From assembly GCA_963708135.1 (NCBI GenBank), contig OY970192.1, positions 1,376,001 to 1,440,000 on the forward strand: 64,000 bases of DNA, written 5' to 3'. Source of the stretch: an uncultured Gemmatimonadales bacterium (GTDB lineage: Bacteria; Gemmatimonadota; Gemmatimonadetes; Longimicrobiales; RSA9). The position numbers and the translations under genes are program-made. A model generated the notes under the pieces. The model searched no databases. It was not told where the DNA came from and was given only the letters and a program-made list of their open reading frames with translations. Shown here piece after piece: positions 31,415 to 42,331 of this stretch (the first letter of the stretch is position 1; the number at the start of each line of letters is the position of its first letter).

Positions 31415-31442
31415 TTGACAAGGCCGGCCCGTGCGCTATGTT
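31415..31442 (+). promoter_or_regulatory. Sigma70 promoter of groESL
   Basis: TTGACA-16 nt-TATGTT directly upstream of CIRCE. Confidence 0.7.
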
Positions 31443-31454
31443 ACCGACGGCCTG

Positions 31455-31481
31455 CTAGCACTCGGTGGACGTGAGTGCTAG
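31455..31481 (+). promoter_or_regulatory. CIRCE element (HrcA operator)
   Basis: CTAGCACTC-N9-GAGTGCTAG versus consensus TTAGCACTC-N9-GAGTGCTAA, upstream of groES. Confidence 0.93.
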
Positions 31482-31527
31482 CGGAAAGATCCAGCCGACC
31501 AACACCAACCAACGCGGAGGAGCCACC

Positions 31528-31839
31528 ATGGCGACTGCGGCGAAAAGCAAGACGGCGGTCCGGCCCCTGGCCGATCGGATCGTCATCAAGCCGCTGGAGG
31601 ACACGGAGACGATGCGGGGCGGGCTCTACATCCCGGACACGGCGAAGGAGAAGCCGCAGCAGGGGGAGGTAATAGCGGTGGGCCCGGGCAAGACGGAGGA
31701 CGGCAAGCGCGTGGCGCCGGAGGTGAACGTGGGCGACCGCGTGCTGTACGGGAAGTACAGTGGGACCGAGGTGACGGTGAACGACGAGCAGTACCTGATT
31801 CTGCGCGAGTCGGATGTGCTCGCGGTCATCGAAGGCTAA
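31528..31839 (+). CDS. groES: Co-chaperonin GroES
   Basis: RPLADR, GGLYIPDTAKEKPQQGEV, GKYSGTEV, LRESDVLA; GGAGGAG SD. Confidence 0.98.
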   Translation: MATAAKSKTAVRPLADRIVIKPLEDTETMRGGLYIPDTAKEKPQQGEVIAVGPGKTEDGKRVAPEVNVGDRVLYGKYSGTEVTVNDEQYLILRESDVLAVIEG

Positions 31840-33507
<1,668 letters not shown>

Positions 33508-33534
33508 CGGCGGAGAGGTTTCCGCGGTCGGCGG

Positions 33535-33568
33535 GGCCCCCGGTGGGATCTGCACCGGGGGCCTTCGT
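33535..33568 (+). terminator. Hairpin after groEL
   Basis: GGCCCCCGGTG/CACCGGGGGCC stem followed by TTCGT. Confidence 0.6.
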
Positions 33569-33571
33569 CAT

Positions 33572-33638
33572 GGAGTGGAGGGTGAGGATTCGGGTGAGGG
33601 TGAGGGTGAGGACGGGTAGGGGAGTGGGGGCGGGCGGG
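33572..33638 (+). repeat. G-rich degenerate hexamer tract (GAGGGT/GGGTGA)n
   Basis: Nine runs of three or more G within 59 nt (33580-33638), ending just before a TTGACC-17 nt-CACTTT promoter candidate at 33640. Confidence 0.7.
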
Positions 33639-33707
33639 CTTGACCGTGTCCGGAGGGGGCGACACTTTCGGCGGGCGAGCCTCCGCTACCACCAACCGGA
33701 ATCCGCC

Positions 33708-35141
33708 ATGCGACGCACCCGCAGAACGCCGGCGCTCCCGGCAGCCCTGGTCGCCTGCCTCCTCGGGCCCGTGTCGGCGCGCGCACAGGGCGGCGCGCCG
33801 CAGCCGAAGACGCCGATCGACTGGGGCGCGTACGGCAACGAGAGCGTCCGCGTGCTCTCGAACTACCTGAAGATCAACACCACGAATCCGCCCGGGAACG
33901 AGCTCGAGACGGCAAGGTTCCTCAAGGCGATTCTGGACCGGGAGGGGATCCCGGCCGAGATCCTGGACACGATGGAGCTGGGGCCGAACCGCGCGAACCT
34001 CTACGCCCGCCTGAAGGGCGCCGGGGCGAAGCCGGCCATCGCGCTCGTCAACCACATGGACGTGGTGCCGGTCACGCCGGAGTTCTGGCACGTGCCGCCG
34101 TTCTCGGGCGAGATCCGGGACGGTTACCTGTGGGGCCGCGGCGCGCTGGACATGAAGGGCAACGGCATCGCGCAGCTCATGGCGATGATCGCGCTCAAGC
34201 GGAGCGGGGTGCCGCTCGAGCGCGACATCGTCTTCATCGGCAACGCGGATGAGGAGGTGGGCTCGAAGGGCGCCTACACCTTCGTGGAGCGGCACCCGGA
34301 CCTCCTGAAGGACGTGGGCTTCCTGCTCACGGAGGGCGGCGCCAACGTGGTCCGGAACGGCAGGCTCGACTACTACGGCGTGAGCGTCTCGGAGAAGCGG
34401 ACGTTCTGGCACCGCATCACGGTGCACGGCGTGCCGTCCCACGGCTCCCAGCCCACGAAGGAGAACCCGGTGCCCCGGCTGGTGCGGGCGCTGGACCGGA
34501 TCGCGGCCTATGAGACGCCCCTCGAGGTCACGCCGGCGGTGGAGAAGTTCTTCCACGACATCTCGCGTAACTATGCCGGCGAGCAGCAGGTGTGGCTGGC
34601 GGACGTGAAAACGGCGCTCTCGGCCCCCCGGGCGCGCGCGTGGATCCTCTCCGATCCCTACCGCAACGCCATCCTCCGCAACACGATCTCGGAGACCGCG
34701 CTGTCGGGCTCGAACAAGACCAACGTGATCCCGCCCGAGGCCACGGCCGACCTGGACATGCGGCTGCTGCCGGACCAGGACCCGGATGCGTTCATGGCCA
34801 CGCTGAAGGGGATCGTCGCCGACACGGCCGTGCACTGGGCGCCGCTCATCACGCCGGCACCGCCGATGGACAACCCGATCGACACGCCGCTCTTCCACGC
34901 CATCGAGCGCGCGGCCCACGACCGCGACCCGGACGCGCTGGTGACGACGGTGATGCTGACCGGAGGCACCGACCGGCCGGCGTACCGCCAGCTCGGCATC
35001 GTGACCTACGGCTTCTCGCCGTTCAAGATCGACGCGGAGGAGAGCCACCGGGGCGTGCACGGCAACGATGAGAGGATCCCGGTGGCGCAGGTCGGCTGGG
35101 GGGTGCACCTCCTCTACGACGTGCTCCGCTACGCACAGTAG
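33708..35141 (+). CDS. Secreted M20/M25/M40-family metallopeptidase
   Basis: Signal peptide; TTNPPGNE, HMDVVP, GRGALDMKG, ADEE, GGTD, HGNDER. Confidence 0.9.
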   Translation: MRRTRRTPALPAALVACLLGPVSARAQGGAPQPKTPIDWGAYGNESVRVLSNYLKINTTNPPGNELETARFLKAILDREGIPAEILDTMELGPNRANLYARLKGAGAKPAIALVNHMDVVPVTPEFWHVPPFSGEIRDGYLWGRGALDMKGNGIAQLMAMIALKRSGVPLERDIVFIGNADEEVGSKGAYTFVERHPDLLKDVGFLLTEGGANVVRNGRLDYYGVSVSEKRTFWHRITVHGVPSHGSQPTKENPVPRLVRALDRIAAYETPLEVTPAVEKFFHDISRNYAGEQQVWLADVKTALSAPRARAWILSDPYRNAILRNTISETALSGSNKTNVIPPEATADLDMRLLPDQDPDAFMATLKGIVADTAVHWAPLITPAPPMDNPIDTPLFHAIERAAHDRDPDALVTTVMLTGGTDRPAYRQLGIVTYGFSPFKIDAEESHRGVHGNDERIPVAQVGWGVHLLYDVLRYAQ

Positions 35142-35274
35142 TGGGCCCTATGCGAGGTTCGGTGGAAACGATCCATCGGCGCACCCCATCGCTCCCTCGG
35201 GTACGCTCCCTCGGGCGACGTCGGCGGCCGCACCCCGCCGGCGCGCCACGACATCCACTCCGCCGGAGACGCCC

Positions 35275-37209
35275 ATGAAGCCCGCCCTTCGCCTCGCGAC
35301 GCCGACCGTGCTCCTCTCCTGCCTCGCCGTGCTCACGCCCGTGACGCCGCTCCTCGCCCAGCGGGGCGGCGTGGCCGCCGTGGCCGACACGTCGGCGTTT
35401 CGGCCGCTCGACCTGCCGGCGCCGAACGTCTATCGCACGGGCTCCGGCCGCCCGGGGCCGGATTACTGGCAGCAGCGCGTGGACTACGGCATCGAGGCCA
35501 CCCTCGACCCGGCGGCCAACGTGGTGCGTGGCCAGGAGCGGATCCACTACTACAACCACTCCCCGACTCCGCTCGGCTACATCTGGATGTTCCTCGAGCA
35601 GAACATCTGTGCGAGGAACAGCGTGACCAACCAGCTGAACCAGCCGCCGCTCGTGTTCCAGGACGCGACGTTCGACTTCTCCTGCAAGGGGTTCGAAGGC
35701 GGGGACGTGCTCGAGTCGATCACGAGCGCAGGTCGGGCCGTCGCGCACGAGGTCTACGGCACCACGGTCCGCGTGGAGCTGCCCCGGCCACTCCCGAGCG
35801 GCGGCGAGGTGACGCTCGACGTCGCGTGGCATTTCTCCGTGCCGCCCTACGGCGCGGGGCGCATGGGGCACGATGGACCGCTGTACGAGGTCGCGCAGTG
35901 GTACCCGCGCGTCGCGGTCTACGACGACGTGCGCGGCTGGAACCACGAGCCCTACATCGGCGCGGGCGAGTTCTACCTCGAGTACGGCCACTTCGACGTG
36001 GCGTTGACGCTGCCCGCCTCCTACCTCGTGGCCGCGACCGGCCGGCTGACCAACCCGGACGAGGTGCTCACCGCGGCCGAGCGAGAGCGGCTCGCCCGCG
36101 CCCGCACCAGCGACTCGCCCGTCGCGATCGTCACGGCGGCGGAGGCCGGCAAGCCGTCCAGCCGACCGGCCGCCTCCGGCACGCTCACGTGGCGCTTCTC
36201 CGCCGACAGTGTGCGTGACTTCGCGTTCGCCGCCGCTCCCACGCTGCGCTGGGACGCCGTGAACTACGACGGGATCCTGGTGGCGACAATGTACCGGCCG
36301 TCCGCGACGTTGTGGACCGAAGCCATCAAGATGGCCCGCTCCGCGATCCAGCATTTCAGCGAGCAGTGGTTCCGCTACCCCTATCCGCATGCCACGACCG
36401 TCGAGGGGCCGATCGAGGGGATGGAGTACCCGATGCTCACCTTCGTCCCCGCCGGTCCGACCCGCTTCGATCTGGAGTGGACGCTCATGCACGAGTTCGG
36501 GCACGAATGGTTCCCGATGGTCGTCGGCTCGAACGAGCGGCTCTATCCGTGGATGGACGAGGGCTTCAACACCTTCATCGACATCGGCGGCGCCGAGACG
36601 TACTTCAGGGGCACGCCCTACGGCGACACGCTCGGACTGACGCCCCTGCACCTCTACCCGGAGCACGCCATCCCGGGCGAGGAGCAGCCGCTCATCGACC
36701 GCCCGGTCGAGCAGCGCGACCTGTTCTGGACCGGCTACCGCAAGCCCGCCCTCATGCTGCGCACGCTGCGCTACGAGGTCCTGGGCAAGGAGCGTTTCGA
36801 CCGCGCGTTCAGGACCTACATCCGCACGTGGGCGTTCAGGCACCCGACGCCGGCGGACTTCTTCCGCGTGATGCGGGACGAGTCCGGCGTCGACCTGGAC
36901 TGGTTCTGGCGCGAGTGGATCTACGAGACGGCCCGCCTCGACCAGGCCGTGGACTCGGTCGGCACCCGGAAAGGCGGCGGCTCCGCGGTGTTCCTCTCCA
37001 ACCGCGGCACCATGGTCATGCCGCTCGAGCTGCGCCTCACGTTCCAGGATGGCACTGCCGAGACCGTCCGGCTGCCCGTGGACATGTGGAACCTCGGCAA
37101 CCGCTTCGAATACCGCGTACCGGGAACGAAGGCGGTCAGGGCGGCCGAGATCGACCCACGCCACGTGCTCCCCGACACGGACCCTGCAAACAACCGCTGG
37201 CCCCGCTGA
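35275..37209 (+). CDS. Secreted M1-family (gluzincin) aminopeptidase
   Basis: Signal peptide; YRTGSGRPGPDYWQQR, GMEYP, HEFGH..WMDEG. Confidence 0.9.
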   Translation: MKPALRLATPTVLLSCLAVLTPVTPLLAQRGGVAAVADTSAFRPLDLPAPNVYRTGSGRPGPDYWQQRVDYGIEATLDPAANVVRGQERIHYYNHSPTPLGYIWMFLEQNICARNSVTNQLNQPPLVFQDATFDFSCKGFEGGDVLESITSAGRAVAHEVYGTTVRVELPRPLPSGGEVTLDVAWHFSVPPYGAGRMGHDGPLYEVAQWYPRVAVYDDVRGWNHEPYIGAGEFYLEYGHFDVALTLPASYLVAATGRLTNPDEVLTAAERERLARARTSDSPVAIVTAAEAGKPSSRPAASGTLTWRFSADSVRDFAFAAAPTLRWDAVNYDGILVATMYRPSATLWTEAIKMARSAIQHFSEQWFRYPYPHATTVEGPIEGMEYPMLTFVPAGPTRFDLEWTLMHEFGHEWFPMVVGSNERLYPWMDEGFNTFIDIGGAETYFRGTPYGDTLGLTPLHLYPEHAIPGEEQPLIDRPVEQRDLFWTGYRKPALMLRTLRYEVLGKERFDRAFRTYIRTWAFRHPTPADFFRVMRDESGVDLDWFWREWIYETARLDQAVDSVGTRKGGGSAVFLSNRGTMVMPLELRLTFQDGTAETVRLPVDMWNLGNRFEYRVPGTKAVRAAEIDPRHVLPDTDPANNRWPR

Positions 37210-37227
37210 AGCGGGAAGGAGGACCGG

Positions 37228-38025
37228 ATGAATGCGGATGATCCGGATGGCCGCTGGGCCGAAGAGCCGCCCGACCGGCGCCGGCGGCGGCTGCGCAGCC
37301 GGCTCGGCACGGGTCCGCTCGGCCGGCTCGACCGACCCCGGAAGATCGTGCTGCGCGACTTCGTCGTCTACGAGGTGAAGCTGCTGCTCGACGGTGCCAA
37401 GAGCTTCGCGATCACGTGGGCCGCGCTCGGTGCGGTGGCGCTCGACATGATCGCCCCCGGAGAGCGGCCGGGGCGTCGCTTCTACGCCGTGATGCGGCTG
37501 GGCGAGCGGCTGGATCGGTGGCTCAGCCTGTACGGCATCGCGGAGGCCGCCGAGGCCGACGAGGACGGGATGTTCGGAGTGAGCCGCGCCGGCAGCCCGA
37601 CGCTCCTCGGCCACCTCGAGTCGTTCGTGCACCGGGCCGTGGTGGGAGAGGCCGGGGACCTCCAGGACAATGTCGCGCCCGGGCCGCGACCGGACGCCAG
37701 CGGGACGCCGGCCGCACAGGCCTGGCCGCGTCCTGCCGAGGATGTCTCCGGCGAGCCGGCGCTCTCCCCCTACGTACGGGCGGAGCGCGCCACCCGGTTG
37801 GCCTCCGACCTCTTCGACCGGGCCCTCGCCGCGCTCGACCGCGGCATGGACGCGCTCGACACCGACCGCGAGGCCGGGGAGGAGGAGCCCGCGCCCGACC
37901 GGCCCGAAAGCGCCGCCGGCGCAGCCGGACCGGGCGCGAAGCCCGAGTCCGGGGCTTCTTCCTCCGTGGACGCGGGACCCGCGCCGCCTTCTGGCCTCGA
38001 GACGTCGCCGCCTCAGAGCTCCTGA
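37228..38025 (+). CDS. Hypothetical protein
   Basis: GGAGG SD; ordered helical N-terminal half, low-complexity acidic/Pro tail; 3' end overlaps the convergent ABC permease. Confidence 0.6.
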   Translation: MNADDPDGRWAEEPPDRRRRRLRSRLGTGPLGRLDRPRKIVLRDFVVYEVKLLLDGAKSFAITWAALGAVALDMIAPGERPGRRFYAVMRLGERLDRWLSLYGIAEAAEADEDGMFGVSRAGSPTLLGHLESFVHRAVVGEAGDLQDNVAPGPRPDASGTPAAQAWPRPAEDVSGEPALSPYVRAERATRLASDLFDRALAALDRGMDALDTDREAGEEEPAPDRPESAAGAAGPGAKPESGASSSVDAGPAPPSGLETSPPQSS

Positions 38026-38777
38026 CGGCCGAACGCCCACACGGCCGCTCCCGCCGCCACGCACACGGCCGCGAGCGCGGTGGCGACGGGCCAGAGCACG
38101 GGGACGCGGCTTCGGCCGGCGAGCTGTATCGCCGCCCCGGGGAGGCCGGCGAACGTGTAGCGCGCGACGGGCGCCCAGATCGTCCCCAGCATGCACAGGA
38201 AGTAGAAGGCGAGCCCCGCCCCCGCCGCGCCGCCGGTTCCCGGCACCAGCACGGAGAAGAAGGTCGTCACGGTCACGAGAAGCGCGGCGAACGGCAGCCA
38301 TGCCCCCACCGCGGACGCGAGCGGCGCCAGCGCCGCGCCGGTGAAGAGCAGGCTGGTGACGGCCTCGCACACGACGGTGCCCGCCACCGTGGCGCCGGCC
38401 AGCAGAAGGACCTGCCAGGCGAGCTTGGCGGCTACGAACCCGGCGCGGGAGAGCGGCTTGGTGAGCATGAGGACGGCCGTCCCGGACCGCCGCTCCCCCG
38501 CCACCGCGCCCGCCGCCGCCAGGACGAGCGCGATGGCCACGATCTGGTCCAGGCTCTTCACGAACTGGCGGTACGCATCCGGCGCGACGGCGGGCGGGAG
38601 CACGATGGCGACCCCTGGCTGTGAGCCCGCCATGGAGGACACCAGCGCCGGCGTGAGCTGCGCGAGCACCGGGCTCACGATCCCGAACAGGACGAACATC
38701 CCGACGATCACCGGAAAGTGCCACGTCCGCAGCGACTCGGTCCTCTCCTTGCCCAGGAACGCCCCGAACGCGCTCAC
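38013..38777 (-). CDS. ABC-2-type transporter permease
   Basis: [22 protein letters not shown], six TM segments. Confidence 0.88.
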   Translation of the reverse strand: MSAFGAFLGKERTESLRTWHFPVIVGMFVLFGIVSPVLAQLTPALVSSMAGSQPGVAIVLPPAVAPDAYRQFVKSLDQIVAIALVLAAAGAVAGERRSGTAVLMLTKPLSRAGFVAAKLAWQVLLLAGATVAGTVVCEAVTSLLFTGAALAPLASAVGAWLPFAALLVTVTTFFSVLVPGTGGAAGAGLAFYFLCMLGTIWAPVARYTFAGLPGAAIQLAGRSRVPVLWPVATALAAVCVAAGAAVWAFGRQEL

Positions 38778-39706
38778 GCCGCCCCCCCGCCGACCAGCGC
38801 GACGAACGCATCCTCCAGCGTGAGGCGAGCCGCGACCATTCGCCGCAGCGGAAGCCCGGCCGCGGCGACGGCGCGCGGGATCCCGATCTGCGCCGTCTCG
38901 AGGTCCGTGACCCGCACCCGCAGCATGCCCGCCTCCCGGTCCACCTCCCGGACCCAGGGCATGGCCATCAGCGCCGCCTCCAGCGGGGCACCGTCCCCTC
39001 CCACCTCCAGCTCGACCATCGGACCGCCGGTCCGCGCCGCCAGCTCCTCCACGCCTGACTGCGCCACCACCCGACCGCGATCCAGAATCGCCACGCGGTC
39101 ACACACCCGCTCAATGTCGGCCAGGATATGGCTCGAGAAGAAGACCGTCGTCCTGCCGCGCAGAGACGCGATCATCTCGAGGACTTCACGGCGGCCGATC
39201 GGGTCGAGCGCGCTCGTCGGCTCATCCAGCAGCAGCAGCCGCGGCGCATTCACGAGCGCCTGTGCGATCCCGAGCCGCTGCTTCATCCCTCGGGAGAACC
39301 CGCCGATCCGCGTCCCGACCCCGGCGAGCCCCGCCATCTCGAGCAGGACCCCCACGCGTTCCGTGAGGGCCTGCCCCTCCAGCCCGAACAGCCGCCCCGA
39401 CAGCGTCATGAGCTCCCGCGCCGTCATCCACGGGTAGAAGCCCGGAATGTCCGGCAGGAACCCGACCTCCCGCCCCGGCGCCGCTCCGCGCGTCGCGTCC
39501 CGGCCGAGGACGCGCGCCGTCCCCGAGGTCGGGCGGGCGAGCCCCATCAGGATGCGCAGCGTGGTGGTCTTGCCCGCGCCGTTCGGCCCCAGGAACCCGA
39601 ACACCGACCCCTCCGGCACGAACAGTCCCACGCCATCCAGCGCGCGCGTGCCGCCGAACGTCTTGACGAGGCCGGCCGCCTCGATCGCGGCCCGGACCCC
39701 CGTCAC
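38774..39706 (-). CDS. ABC transporter ATP-binding protein
   Basis: [27 protein letters not shown]. Confidence 0.95.
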   Translation of the reverse strand: MTGVRAAIEAAGLVKTFGGTRALDGVGLFVPEGSVFGFLGPNGAGKTTTLRILMGLARPTSGTARVLGRDATRGAAPGREVGFLPDIPGFYPWMTARELMTLSGRLFGLEGQALTERVGVLLEMAGLAGVGTRIGGFSRGMKQRLGIAQALVNAPRLLLLDEPTSALDPIGRREVLEMIASLRGRTTVFFSSHILADIERVCDRVAILDRGRVVAQSGVEELAARTGGPMVELEVGGDGAPLEAALMAMPWVREVDREAGMLRVRVTDLETAQIGIPRAVAAAGLPLRRMVAARLTLEDAFVALVGGGAA

Positions 39707-40020
39707 CCGCCCTCCTCGCCGCCGTACAGCGCATCGACCGCCCGCCGGGTCCGTTCTCCCCCGCCCGGCTCCGCCTTCGCCTCCGCTCCACCGCCTGGCG
39801 CCGGGCTACCTCGCCCCGCGGCGAAGTAGATGAGCGGTCCAACCAAGTTCAGCAGCACGATCACCGCCACCCAGAACCCCTTGCTCACCGGCACCCGCCC
39901 CCGTCGCGCCAGGTCCACGAGCGCCCACGCCTGGAGCATCACCTGGACCACCGCGAGAACCGTCAGCGCCACGAGCGCCCCCGTCGAGAGCCCCGCCACC
40001 ACGTCCATGAACCTCTGCAC
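39703..40020 (-). CDS. Small membrane protein with PLDc N-terminal-type domain
   Basis: WALVDLARR..FWVAVIVLLNLVGPLIYFAAGR; GGAGG SD. Confidence 0.8.
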   Translation of the reverse strand: MQRFMDVVAGLSTGALVALTVLAVVQVMLQAWALVDLARRGRVPVSKGFWVAVIVLLNLVGPLIYFAAGRGSPAPGGGAEAKAEPGGGERTRRAVDALYGGEEGG

Positions 40021-40054
40021 CGCGTGTCCTCCGGGAAGGGAAGTGTGGCTGCCG

Positions 40055-40085
40055 AATATTTAGGCAATCGTCTAAATATTGTCAA
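40055..40085 (-). promoter_or_regulatory. Promoter of the ABC operon overlapped by an AT-rich palindromic operator
   Basis: Minus strand TTGACA-17 nt-TAAATA; perfect inverted repeat AATATTTAG-N8-CTAAATATT (40055-40080). Confidence 0.75.
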
Positions 40086-40125
40086 CGGGACGCGCTGGAG
40101 CCGGGGGGACAACGGACGGGGCGGC

Positions 40126-40155
40126 TTGACCGTTCCGCGGCCCGCGGGGTATACT
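40126..40155 (+). promoter_or_regulatory. Sigma70 promoter of leader-thrS
   Basis: TTGACC-18 nt-TATACT. Confidence 0.7.
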
Positions 40156-40184
40156 TCTTCCGACGGTCAACCGGAGCGAACGGC

Positions 40185-40265
40185 ATGCGCGCGAAGCGGA
40201 TTCGGACCACCACGACGACGACGCGGCCCCCCTCGGGAGGCGGCGGTGCGGGGTGCGTCGAATAG
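40185..40265 (+). CDS. Thr-rich leader peptide MRAKRIRTTTTTTRPPSGGGGAGCVE (thrS attenuator)
   Basis: GGAG SD at 40173-40176, ATG 40185, six consecutive Thr codons at 40206-40223, TAG 40263-40265; too short for the ORF track. Confidence 0.85.
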   Translation: MRAKRIRTTTTTTRPPSGGGGAGCVE

Positions 40266-40285
40266 ACGCGAGCTCCGACGATCCG

Positions 40286-40321
40286 ACGCGGCCTCTCGAG
40301 AGCGGGGGGCCGCGTTTTTTT
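40286..40321 (+). terminator. Attenuator (intrinsic terminator) in the thrS leader
   Basis: ACGCGGCCTCTCG-AGAG-CGGGGGGCCGCGT ending in a run of 7 T, about 80 nt before the thrS ATG. Confidence 0.9.
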
Positions 40322-40402
40322 ATGGCAGCGGCCGCGGCGGTGCGCCGGTTGCGGGCACTGCGGCGTCGCCTAAGTTGAGCGCACCCTGAACGGTACCGGA
40401 AC

Positions 40403-42331
40403 ATGGCGAACGACGACAGGATCAGAGTCACCCTCCCGGATGGGTCGGTGAAGGAGATGCCGGCGGGCTCGACCGCGCGCGATGTGGCGGAATCGATCGG
40501 CCCGGGGCTGGCCAGGGCGGCGCTGGCGGCGCGGGTGGATGGAGGGGTGGTGGACCTGTCGCGGCCGCTCGAGGGGGACGTGTCGCTCGAGATCATCACC
40601 CCGAAGAGCCCGGGCGCGCTGGACGTGCTCCGGCATTCGGCGGCGCACGTGCTGGCGACCGCCGTCCGGCAGGTGCGGCCGGACGCGCAGATCGGCTTCG
40701 GCCCGGCGATCGAGAACGGCTTCTACTACGACTTCGATGTGGACCACCCCTTCACGCCGGAGGAGCTGGAGGAGATCGAGCGGCACATGGCGCAGGTGGC
40801 GGACGCGGACGATCCCTTCGAGCGGCGGGTCGTGACGGTGGAGGAGGCGCGCGAGCTGTTCGCGGATGACCCGCTCAAGCTGGAGCGGCTGGCGGACTTC
40901 GACGAGAACGAGGTGATCACCGTCTACCGCAACGGCCCGTTCCTCGACCTGTGCCGGGGGCCGCACGTCCCCTCGACCGGGAAGGTGCGGTGCGTGAAGC
41001 TGCTGAACACCGCGGGCGCGTACTGGCGCGGCGACGAGAAGCGGCAGATGCTCCAGCGCATCTATGGCACCGCGTTCTTCAGCGAGCAGGAGCTGAGCGC
41101 GTACCTGCACCAGCTGGAGGAGGCCAGGCGGCGGGACCACCGGAAGGTCGGGCGCGAGCTGGATCTCTTCTTCTTCAGCCCGCTGGCGCCCGGAGCGGCG
41201 TTCTGGACCGGTCGCGGGACCATCCTGTACCACGAGCTGGTGGACTTCATGCGCGGCGTGCTGGCCGGCCGCGGCTACGAGCAGGTGAAGACCCCGCTGC
41301 TCTACAACAAGGCGCTGTGGGAGCAGTCGGGGCACTGGGGCAAGTACCGGGAGAACATGTTCCTGGTCCTGGACAAGGACACGGGCGAGGCGGACGTGTC
41401 GCTCAAGCCGATGAACTGCCCGTCGCATTTCCTGATGTATCTGCGGCACAAGCACAGCTACCGCGAGCTGCCCATCCGCTACGCGACGCAGGACGTGCTG
41501 CACCGCAACGAGGTGACCGGCGCGCTCTCCGGGTTGACACGCGTGCGCCAGTTCCAGCAGGACGACGCGCACATCTTCATCGCCGAGAGCCAGATCGGCG
41601 ATGAGGTCCGGCGCCTCGTCGAGGAAATGCAGCTCGCCTACGGCACCTTCGGACTCGAGTATCGAGTCAAGTTCGGCACCAGGCCCGAGGTGCGCGTGGG
41701 CGACGAGGCGCTCTGGGACCGCGCCGAGAGCGACCTCCAGGCGGCGCTCGACGGCACCGGCGTGCCGTACGAGCTGAACCCGGGCGACGGCGCCTTCTAC
41801 GGCCCGAAGGTCAACTTCCACGTGGCGGACGCGATCGGCCGCACCTGGCAGCTCGGCACCATCCAGCTGGATTACAACAACCCGGAACGCTTCGACCTCA
41901 CCTACGTGGGCGAGGACAACGCCGAGCACCGGCCGGTCGTGATCCACCGCGCCGTTTTCGGGTCCTTCGAGCGCTTCATCGCGATCCTGATCGAGCACTT
42001 CGCCGGGGCGTTCCCGCTGTGGCTCGCGCCCGAACAGGTGCGCGTGCTGCCGATCACCGATGACCTGGCCGCCCCTGCCGGCGAGCTCGCCGCCGCCCTG
42101 CGCGACGCCGGCATCCGCGCGGATGTCGACGCTCGCTCCGAGACCCTCGGCTACCGCATCCGCGAGGCGGAGACCATGAAGGTCCCCTACATGGCCGTCA
42201 TCGGCCAGCGCGAGGCGCAGGCCGGCACCGTGGCCGTGCGGGCGCGCGGCGAGGGCCGGAAGCAGGAAGTGATGGACCGGGAGGCGTTCATCGCACGGCT
42301 GGCGGAGCAGATCTCGGCGCGCAGCCTGTGA
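40403..42331 (+). CDS. thrS: Threonine-tRNA ligase
   Basis: TGS domain, RHSAAHVLA, DLCRGPHV, RDHRKVG, KPMNCP, GDGAFYGPK, IHRA. Confidence 0.98.
   Translation: MANDDRIRVTLPDGSVKEMPAGSTARDVAESIGPGLARAALAARVDGGVVDLSRPLEGDVSLEIITPKSPGALDVLRHSAAHVLATAVRQVRPDAQIGFGPAIENGFYYDFDVDHPFTPEELEEIERHMAQVADADDPFERRVVTVEEARELFADDPLKLERLADFDENEVITVYRNGPFLDLCRGPHVPSTGKVRCVKLLNTAGAYWRGDEKRQMLQRIYGTAFFSEQELSAYLHQLEEARRRDHRKVGRELDLFFFSPLAPGAAFWTGRGTILYHELVDFMRGVLAGRGYEQVKTPLLYNKALWEQSGHWGKYRENMFLVLDKDTGEADVSLKPMNCPSHFLMYLRHKHSYRELPIRYATQDVLHRNEVTGALSGLTRVRQFQQDDAHIFIAESQIGDEVRRLVEEMQLAYGTFGLEYRVKFGTRPEVRVGDEALWDRAESDLQAALDGTGVPYELNPGDGAFYGPKVNFHVADAIGRTWQLGTIQLDYNNPERFDLTYVGEDNAEHRPVVIHRAVFGSFERFIAILIEHFAGAFPLWLAPEQVRVLPITDDLAAPAGELAAALRDAGIRADVDARSETLGYRIREAETMKVPYMAVIGQREAQAGTVAVRARGEGRKQEVMDREAFIARLAEQISARSL

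Noticed and set aside
35190..35215. 12-nt direct repeat CGCTCCCTCGGG twice upstream of the M1 peptidase
   Set aside because: Only two copies, GC-rich, no supporting promoter context; may be chance
35023..38811. Long Arg/Gly/Ala-rich ORFs such as 35023-38811, 40370-43444, 9141-12281 and 31441-33555
   Set aside because: Antisense or off-frame shadows of clear genes, expected in stop-poor high-GC DNA; no recognisable motifs
40160..40321. T-box riboswitch upstream of thrS
   Set aside because: No T-box consensus (AANNNGGGTGGTACCGCG-like) or stem I motifs; the leader-peptide model fits
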